Positions 56,061 through 64,000 of a DNA stretch of 64,000 nucleotides are shown here, in pieces. Position numbers and translations under genes: made by a program. How positions within the stretch are numbered: position 1 is the stretch's first letter; every line of letters begins with the position of its first letter. The notes beneath the pieces were generated by a model. That model made no database searches and was not told where the DNA came from. It saw only the letters and a program-made list of their open reading frames with translations. The stretch comes from Cyanophora paradoxa CCMP329 (lineage: Eukaryota; Plantae; Glaucophyta). The DNA lies in the NCBI GenBank assembly GCA_004431415.1, contig QPMI01000208.1, positions 62,001 through 126,000 on the forward strand. The letters are read 5' to 3'.

Positions 56061-58425
56061 CGGGGTCGACGTCGCCCTTGACGCAGGTGGCCGCCACGGC
56101 GGACTCCAGGCTGCCAATTGCCAGTGCGTCAGCATCCCCGCCCGAGCTCGCCGGCTGCAGAGCAGCGACATCAGAACCCTTCGCTTCTGCGTCAGCGCCC
56201 TCAACCTCCGTTGGGTCCGGGGCGGCCGCAGACTCGAGGGCAAAGGTGCCCAGGTCGGCGGCGTTCATGATGTCGGCAAATGAGCTCAGGCCGGCGGAGA
56301 GCCCAGGGCCGATGCCGGCCGCGATCGGCTCGGTCGCGGTCTTTTCCGTCTCAGCGAGGCCCGACTCCGGGCGGGCCCGCATGTCGATCACGGTTTCCTC
56401 CTCCGGGCAAAGGTCCGGCCGCGCAGCCAAGATAATCTGCACGAGGCCGATCGCGAACGCCGTTGCGGCTGCGGCGCAGGTGCTCAGGCTCTCATCCTTG
56501 TGCAGGGCTGCGGCATGCTCCGTAGTGACGGCGCTGAAGCGCTCGAAGGCGCGCGCAAGCTCGAGACCGGTGCTCGCGCTGGTGCGGTCGATTTTGACGC
56601 GGAATACGCGGCGCTCTTTGCCGAGCTCCGCGGGCGCAGGAGCCGCAGTCGGGCCGGAGCCGGGGCTCGCGGCCGGGGTGGACGGGCTGCCCAGAAGGCT
56701 CGGGCCTCCGCGGACGGCCTCCGAGAGGATGGCGCGCGCGATCGCGAAGGTCGCGGCCTCGCTCGCGGGGCTCGTCGCCGGCGCAGAGGCGAGGGCTTCC
56801 TTGTGCTCAGCGAACGCGCGGCGGACGGCGATCCCAACCTCACTCGCGATCTTGGAGTCGATCGCGGGGCAGTTAGCCTGGCGGTGCCCCGGCTTTCCGC
56901 ACCCGTAGCAGACAGGGGGCCCGTTGCCGGACGGCGGGGCGGGGCTGAAGTTCCCACCCTGAGGGCGGCGCTTGGCCTCGCCTCCGAACCCGCCGGCGCG
57001 GCGCTTGTTGGGGTTGATCACCGCCCAATCGGGCAGCGGCGTCGGGCTCACGTCGCACTCGAACTTCCAGTGGCGCTTGCCGCAGTGGCACGGGTTGCGC
57101 GGCTGAGCCGGCAGACCGCGCTCGCGCAGGAATTCGGTGATCTTCTGGCGGTATACCGGGTCGTCGGGCCGCGGCGGCGGCGCGGAGGAGGACGGGTAGA
57201 TCGCGCGGATCACCACGTCAACTTCCTCATCGTCGCCCGCGAATGCGTACCGGCAGAACATCACGAGTTCCTCCGTCTGCGCGTCGTCCGCGACGCCGTC
57301 ATCGTACCCGCCGTCGTACGCCTCATGCGTGTGCGCTCGCATCACGCGCGCGTCCTTCGATGCGCGGCTACCGGGCGGGACGACGGGGACGGCCGGCGGC
57401 GCAGCGTGCATGGCCGCGCGCTGCAGGGACTGCATAGCGCTCGGGGCCGGGGCCGGCGCCGCGCTCGGCAGCGCGCTGCGTTTGACGACGTACGCTGAGC
57501 CCGGCACGTTCGAGATATCCGTGTCCCATGCGCCGAGCTCGCGGCAGCGCTTGCGTACGTAGTTGACGAGGGCAACCTCGTCTTTCAGCAAGCCCTCGCG
57601 CACGCGCTGTGCAAGTTCGGCTTGCACTACTGTCAAGACCTCGAGGTTCTTGAGCATGCGGCGCCGGTCTTTCTCCGACAGATCCTTCACGTCATCGAAT
57701 TCGCGGTACGCGCCGCGATTCCGGTGTGCGATCATGTCGCCGAGCTGGCGGACCAGCGCCGAGAGCGGGTTCTCGAGGAGCTGGCGCGCGTCCGGGTGCA
57801 TGCACAAGCGGCAGGTGCGGCGGACGCACGCCTCGGGATTCTCGCCTAGATAGGGCAGGCGCAGAACTTCCTTCAGGTCGTCCGGGTTGCGCTCGCCCGA
57901 GTCGGACTCCAGGCGGGCGCGGATCGCAGCGAAGGTGGTCTCGCGCTTAGACGCCACGATGGCCTCTTCGATTTCTGCGATCTGCTCGCCGAGCCCTTCG
58001 AGCAGCATGAGCTCGTGCTCATTAGCAGCGCCCAGCCGTTCCTTTTCGGCCTTTTCGCTCTTCAGCTTCGCCAGCTCGCTCTTGCGCGCGCGCTGGCCGG
58101 CGTGGAAGAGCTCGATCTCGCTCCGCACGCTGTGCGCGGGGTCGAGAGTCTGTACGAGCGCGAGGCCAGTGTTCTGCTGCTGGCTATCGCCTGCATCTTC
58201 AGCCAGATTCAGGATGTTCCGGCTAAGTGCGGCGGCAGCCTCGAAGGCCGCGAGGTGATCCTCGACGGTCTGGCGGTCGGCGCCTGGCTGCAGCGGCGGA
58301 ATCCGACGCAGCATCTCTAGCGCATTCGTCGGAATGCCGCTTAGAGTGCTCGGCTCTGCCGTGAAAGGAGCCAAGTTCGCCATCCGGATGTGGTACTCCG
58401 CGGAAGCTCCGGTGCCGGAGGACAT
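55894..58425 (-). CDS. gag: Gag with zinc knuckle(s)
   Basis: CYGCGKPGHRQANC (CX2CX4HX4C) plus variant CHCGKRHWKFEC, with a coiled-coil N-terminus. First ORF after the 5' LTR. Confidence 0.85.
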   Translation of the reverse strand: MSSGTGASAEYHIRMANLAPFTAEPSTLSGIPTNALEMLRRIPPLQPGADRQTVEDHLAAFEAAAALSRNILNLAEDAGDSQQQNTGLALVQTLDPAHSVRSEIELFHAGQRARKSELAKLKSEKAEKERLGAANEHELMLLEGLGEQIAEIEEAIVASKRETTFAAIRARLESDSGERNPDDLKEVLRLPYLGENPEACVRRTCRLCMHPDARQLLENPLSALVRQLGDMIAHRNRGAYREFDDVKDLSEKDRRRMLKNLEVLTVVQAELAQRVREGLLKDEVALVNYVRKRCRELGAWDTDISNVPGSAYVVKRSALPSAAPAPAPSAMQSLQRAAMHAAPPAVPVVPPGSRASKDARVMRAHTHEAYDGGYDDGVADDAQTEELVMFCRYAFAGDDEEVDVVIRAIYPSSSAPPPRPDDPVYRQKITEFLRERGLPAQPRNPCHCGKRHWKFECDVSPTPLPDWAVINPNKRRAGGFGGEAKRRPQGGNFSPAPPSGNGPPVCYGCGKPGHRQANCPAIDSKIASEVGIAVRRAFAEHKEALASAPATSPASEAATFAIARAILSEAVRGGPSLLGSPSTPAASPGSGPTAAPAPAELGKERRVFRVKIDRTSASTGLELARAFERFSAVTTEHAAALHKDESLSTCAAAATAFAIGLVQIILAARPDLCPEEETVIDMRARPESGLAETEKTATEPIAAGIGPGLSAGLSSFADIMNAADLGTFALESAAAPDPTEVEGADAEAKGSDVAALQPASSGGDADALAIGSLESAVAATCVKGDVDPAAGSALAWSTRRALRPLRASRSRTTALRRPRRIARPPLRSASAPTALTLRALGSL

Positions 58426-58977
58426 TCTTTTCACGAAAAGCTCGCGGCGTAAAGCCAAGCTTATCGATCAGAATGTCCGCGATCCGGCTCCTCTGAGGTC
58501 CGCGGTCGCGCGACGAGGCTTCTCGAAGCCAAGTCGCCGATGTCCTCTGATCAAGCACGCCCTTTCAAGAAGACAGGCTCACTACGCGGTAGTAGAGCAA
58601 CTGCTTCGGGCGGCTAGCGATGCAACGGCGATCCGAGCAGTCTGCCTCGGTCCCGGTTCGCTTTTCGATTCTCTCCGTCGCTCGGTGCCGCGGGCAGCCG
58701 AGGTGAGCAAGCTCACGTCGCACGAAACCGGAGCGATCTGCCCCCGGCTCGTGTTTGCGCTCTACTTGCGAGAGCAGCACGCCCCAGTTCGTCAACCTGC
58801 TCGCTCAGCCTTTGCGGGCACGGGCGGGGAGCGTCCGCACGCTCCTCGACCTCTTTCGAGGTTCTCCCGTGCGCCGGCTGAGCTGCGGGTGCTGGATTGG
58901 GCTGGTTGCTGAGGATGGTCGCTGAAGATCGCTGGTTCGTGCTCCGTAGGCACGTGGCGCCTGTCGGCAGTGGCGCC

Positions 58978-59233
58978 TGTCGGATGGGAAGAAGCCCACC
59001 CGGTACGCCCTGCGCGGTCTAGCGCAGGCGGTGGTGATAGCAGGAAGCACAAGTGGTCTATTCACAAGTGTACCCGTACAGCGACGGCGTACCCCTCAGA
59101 TGGGGCCGCGCCCGGCGCTAAGTCACAACACAGAGAGCACTACAAGCTAGAAGCTTACTAGCGCTAGACTAAGGCTAGAGGCTAACCATAGACTACCAGC
59201 TAGCCTAGTCCGAGGGCATCGCGGCATGCGACA
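58978..59233 (-). repeat. 5' LTR
   Basis: Identical to 38721-38976. Confidence 0.97.
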
Positions 59234-59462
59234 GGGGCGGGGGCGAGTCGAAGACCTAGTTGGAAACCGTTGAACGGGGTAGGGCCCCCGTTTTCGGTAA
59301 CTTACAAAATGACGAGTCTGCTCATCTCCCGATCCAGCTCCGAGCTCTTAACCACGTGTTAGTGCATGCATGAGAGCCCGGAATTCGTTGTCAGAACCCG
59401 AAACTTTGAAAAGAGCGGAATGCTGCGCGGAAAACCGGACCCTTTCCTGGACTATCCCTTGC

Positions 59463-59634
59463 AGCGCCTGATCCTGTGGTCGTATAGAGGCCGGACCAAG
59501 TGCATAAGAAAGCTCTTGCGATGCTCGACAGAGCATGTCATACATGCCAGCGCTCGGGAAGCAGCGCGTGGCGCGCTAGGCCGCATCAAGTACCTGTTGT
59601 ACCGAACGCGGAAAAAAAGAGCTCCTGAGAGTTT
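59463..59634 (+). repeat. Diverged relative of the sub-terminal region of the 32.7 kb TIR element
   Basis: Colinear shared blocks with 32911-33081: CATGTCATACATGCC, CGCTAGGCCGC.TCAAGTACCTGTTGTACCG, GAAAAAAAG.GCTCCTG.GAGTTT. Confidence 0.8.
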
Positions 59635-62471
59635 CAGTACAGGCGCACAATTTAGCCGTCAACCTGAGAGTAAGAGCTTTTGCTGGGTACAAGCGCACAA
59701 TTTAGCCGTCAACCTAGCCGACAGGTTCGCTAGCTGGCCAGCGTAGCTAGCTATAGCTGAGCTCCGGCTAGCGGCTTGCTGGACTTGCGCGCGAGGCGTC
59801 GACGTCACCAGCGCGCTAGCAGTGCAGGCGCCGGCAGTGCGGGCGCGGCGCCGCGCCGGCCGGCGGCAGTACTAGTTGGCAGGCGCGGCGCCGGCATGCG
59901 CATGCATATGCATACTATAGCGCTAGCTATGATGATTTGCGCATGCGCAGCGCTATAGGTAGCTGCAGCTGCAGGCTGCAGCTGCATAGCAGCTGCAGCA
60001 GCTGCTGCAGCTGCAGCAGCTGCTATGCGCAGGCGCGGGCCCGCGCCGCACGCGCGCGCCCCGCCGGGCCGCGCCGCCGCCGGCGCCGGTCCCACTCTAC
60101 CCCGTTTCCAACCGGCGGCCGGCCCAGTCAGAGCCCGAGCAGAGGCCGCCGCGTGCTAGTATAAGGATCTCTCAGTTGCATGTTCGCACATCGGCCGACG
60201 GTCGGCCTTGCGTCCGGTGAAAGACCACAGCCAGCGGACGGTCTTGAACCACGCGGTGGAGCATCGCAGGGATCGTTTCGCCTGACTAAGTAGCTTGCCT
60301 CTAGTGCGGCCGGGTCGGTCGGCTCGCGATCGCGATCGGGTGCACGGATTTGAAGTGCCGCGCTTCGGAACTGCTACGGCTGCTGTGCAAAACGGTTCTA
60401 GCGAAGCGGTGGGCCTGGGCAAGCCGAGGCGGCCGTGCGCCGTAGGTCGCTCGTGGTCGGTGTGACATGTCCAGCCGAAATTCTAGCGGAGCACAGCGAT
60501 CGCGAACGATTGGCGCGAATTCGAAACTGAGCACGTCTGAAGTGCATTTTAGATCAGTCTAAAGCAAGGAAATTTTTGGTTTCGCGCCAATTGCAATGTC
60601 TCGCAGTGCAAGTTGGCCTCGGAGGTCGCTGCGCCCCGGCCCCCTTTTCAGCCAAGGCAGCTCAAGGCCCGCCCAGGCCCCCCCGCTCCCCCCAACTGCC
60701 CTTCCCGGGACTCGAACGCTGGGGCAATAAGACGCCGCGGCCGGCCGGGCGCGCTGCTAGCTCGGCTAGCTCGCTGCGCGCGAAACTGGCCTTTTCCTCG
60801 TCGCTTTTGTATGGCCATACATCTAGGAAATTTTCGTACCGCATCCGCACGAAACTGAGCCTCTTCCTAGCATCAAGATGCATATTAGCTAGTATATATA
60901 GAACGCTTCAGTTTCTCGTCAATCGCTTTCCATCATTTTATCCAGACAAATCGACCATGGCCAGAAATAGGAGGAGGAGTACAAAGATGTTGCAGACTGA
61001 ACTTTTTTTGGCGGCTTCGATCTCTGGGATACGCCGGCGGCCGCGGGCCACTGGGGAGCGTCGGGGCTTCAACGCTGAATCCACGGCGTGGCTTCAACGG
61101 GATCTTCAGGTGCGCGGCGGCCGCGCTTAAGCTTGCGGATGCACATCCTTCAAACTCGTATTGACAGCAGGGCTCCGCAAGCTTTAAGGCGACGAGATCA
61201 TCATGAAGAGTTGCGGCGCGCAGAAGGCCTAGGGGCGGCGCGCACCCGTTGCCGCGCGCGAGCGTCTCCCCTGGTTCGAGTCTGGTGCGTCCCCTCATCC
61301 ACCTGCCGCGCCTTGAATTCGAATGTCGACGTCGGTTCTTCTGAAAGATCTGACGCCAAAGATCTTCAAGTGCACATATTGATTATTTTCTTCACCAGAT
61401 CGAGAAGTTCGACCGCGAGGTCCTTCGGCGGAGGGCTTCTCTCATATTCCCTTCACCAACTCCGCTCTCGATCCACTTCAGATCTAGAGAGGAAGACGGG
61501 TCGATCGAGATTTGAAGACGGGCCCTCGAAGTGCGTGTTGATGAAAACCTCAGGGCCTTCCTTTGCGCAGGTCATGCGCAGGATGTCGATAGATGACCAT
61601 GCGCAGGATATCGATGGATGACAAGCTTCGCTACGGATAATCCTTCGTATAGGGGCTTTGTCTCCTAATAATTTAAACTACGGAAAACTCAAAAAACAAA
61701 AAGGAGGCATGCGCAGCTCAGCCGGGGGCGCCGCTAGCTAATTATAAAGAGAGAGGGCGCTATAGCTATACAGCCGGCAACAAGCTCATCGCCGCTGCCG
61801 CGGCGGGCGGCGCGCGCGACCGCGCGGGACGGACGCGGGGCCGCCGGCGCGGGCGGGCGGCGCGGCTCGCCGGGCGGCGAGGATATCGATCCGGAGGCGC
61901 TGCTGGCGGCGGCGCAGCTCGCCGGGCGGCCGCGGCCGCGGACCGGAGCTCGAGGCGCGGCGGGGCGGAGGCGCGGCGGAACTATAAATATATATGCAGC
62001 ACACTAAATATTTCTAGCTCTCCGGGGATCCATTATATCATGGCCATGGGAGTCACGCGCACTGCAAATGCGCAGCAGCCGCAGGCCCGCAGCTCTAGAT
62101 CTATAGCTAGCTGCGTACCGGTAGTGCGCAGTACTGCTCGGCTAGCTATATATAGTGCGCACGTGCACTGCGGCATGCCCATGATGCCATGCATATGATA
62201 ATCATCTTGAACTTGAAAACCGATCGGAGCTCTTGATCTGTTGTTTTTTTCATGAGGCTCGAATCATGATCATATGCATGCTGATAATATGAATGTAGTT
62301 TTTAACAGACGGTTCTCCGTCTGTGTTCGTCACTCGATACGCACCCCTGCTACTACTACCAGGTAAGCAGTACTCAGTACGTACCGGACTCATATATATA
62401 TATATATATATTGCGGAAGTTGAAGCAGCGGAACCCACACCGTCGATCGCGAACCGACATTTCTCGTTTTA

Positions 62472-62734
62472 CAGTACCGTAATACACTTAATTAATGCGC
62501 CAGATATTAATATTTAATGCGTTTTTGGACCCGGACCCCTAGTATGGATAATAGTGCGGTCTCAAATTAATGCGTTTTGAGGCCTTTTAGTTGGATGGGG
62601 GTACGTAAACAGCCGTTTCTTAGCGTTTCGATATTAATGCGGTACCAAATTAATGCGTTTTGCCAGCGGAAAACGCATTAATTTGGAGCCGCATTAATAA
62701 AGTGCGCGCATTAATAAAGTGCATTACGGTACTG
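62472..62734. mobile_element. Tc1/mariner-type MITE (263 bp)
   Basis: TIR CAGTACCGTAAT(A/G)CACTT(A/T)ATTAATGCGC, TA duplication on both sides, internal TTAATGCG repeats. Confidence 0.85.
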
Positions 62735-63723
62735 TAATAAGTAACAGTATATCGAGCTCGAGGTTCACGGTTGACCGTTCAAAGCGTTGACTCGGCCGCG
62801 GCGAGTCACTGACTGACACTGAGTCGGCGTTGCGCATGCCGGCGCCAAACAACGTTAACGCCGCCAAGTTAAACGTTGAGCCTGCGCATGCCAGGCGCCG
62901 CGGCCGGCATTGCCAGCACTCAGTGACTGCGCATGCCCAGCACTGGGCCAGCAGTGCCAGCAGTGTGACTCCTGTGAGTCCTGTGACCAGTGATGTTATC
63001 ATGATAATGATGTCCTATCATGATAATGATATGATGCATGATATCATCATGATACGGGCCCCCCTGCCATCATGGCTATCATGATGATGATAGATCCCCC
63101 CCCTAGACCCCCCAAACCGCGAGTTTTTTATGCTCTAAACACCTTGCAGAGTTAAATAAGTAACTTAGTAGTAATCAAGAGAGTGAGTAGCATGATCTTT
63201 AGCAGAAATTTAAAACGCACCGAAATAGCGATGTTCTTGCCATCACAGCGCCTCCACCGGTACCCCCCTCGAGCTCTGGCCCATCGTCATCACAGCGCTA
63301 GCGCCAGATGTAAAGGATGTGTCTGAGTAGGATTATAGTGCAGCTGTATGCTTCTTCTGTCGATATTCGTGTCAAAACGACCATCTTTGCAGCAACTTTC
63401 ACTGTTTAATTTCATACTGTGACAGCGCCGGGAACTTCGTATGGTGATAATGATATGATATAATATGATATGATGCTGATAATGATATCATGACTTTTTG
63501 GGCGGCCGTATCATGATAACATCACTGCCTGTGACTCCTGTCACCTAGCGCCTGTGTCACCTGCCAGGCTGTGACTCTAGGCTGTGAGTCTGTGACCGTG
63601 TATACGTACTGTCACAGTGTAGTAAGACTATATTAAGGACCAAATTGAAGGTACTCACTTTATTATCATCCTAAAGTGCATTGAAGGTATGTCATCCCCC
63701 GGGGGCCGGGAGGCCCGCGGCCC

Positions 63724-63763
63724 GGGACTCGGGAGTCGGGACTCGGGAGTCGGGACTCGGGAG
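63724..63763 (+). repeat. 7-bp microsatellite GGGA(C/G)TC
   Basis: About five tandem units. Confidence 0.8.
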
Positions 63764-64000
63764 GCGGGCAAAAAATACAAAACAAAAAGCCCCAACTTTT
63801 TTTGGCAAATTTAAAAAGGGCGCATTGTAATTACTACGTATACTAAGATTGTACCGATAAAATTTAAAGACACTGTGACCGTCGGTCCGGCGTCGGACCG
63901 TCGGACATGTAGATGTACACTTTAAAATTTCACGGCATTTCACGTGCACGTGCGCGTGGCGTGGGCAGGGGGCACTGCGGCATTGGCAGGGCCAGTGGCC

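Larger units (their letters stand above)
38721..59233 (-). mobile_element. Giant (20,513 bp) Ty3/gypsy LTR retrotransposon
   Basis: Identical 256 bp LTRs with TGTCG..CGACA ends, GGGGC TSD (38716-38720 and 59234-59238), PPT, and PR-RT-RH-IN order. Confidence 0.97.

Noticed and set aside
60560-61700. Short ORFs as a gene
   Set aside because: No recognisable motifs and interrupted frames; possibly a decayed repeat but unsupported.
62472-62734. Repeated TTAATGCG motifs as a CRISPR-like array
   Set aside because: Irregular spacing and both orientations; explained by a MITE.

Overview
Eukaryotic, very GC-rich, intron-dense nuclear DNA, most consistent with a glaucophyte alga (Cyanophora-like). 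That assignment is an inference from a D-Ala-D-Ala ligase with an MxAF-type plastid transit peptide plus a phytochrome with its Cys in the GAF domain. 1-32.5 kb holds eight spliced host genes: a bZIP factor, a TmcB-like PAS membrane protein, a PAS-GAF-PHY phytochrome fused to a degenerate class III cyclase, plastid DDL, a SAM methyltransferase, a GT1/GT28 glycosyltransferase, an RFI2-like RING E3 and a P4-ATPase. Their introns are short, and about 20-25% have GC donors in the two genes counted. 32.5-37.8 kb is a ~1 kb tandem duplication with a fold-back junction; one copy holds a 3.26 kb long-TIR element and the other an apparent excision footprint. 38721-59233 is a 20.5 kb Ty3/gypsy element on the minus strand with identical 256 bp LTRs and a GGGGC target-site duplication. 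It encodes a probable ~3,400 aa Gag-fusion ORF with RGG/RS domains, an HLH-like gene, an antisense intron-containing BAH-domain gene, and a physically separated pol with no in-frame ATG. This retroelement and the phytochrome-pseudocyclase are the best candidates for undescribed biology. All gene models were spliced by eye, and many 1 bp frameshifts in C/G runs look like assembly errors.
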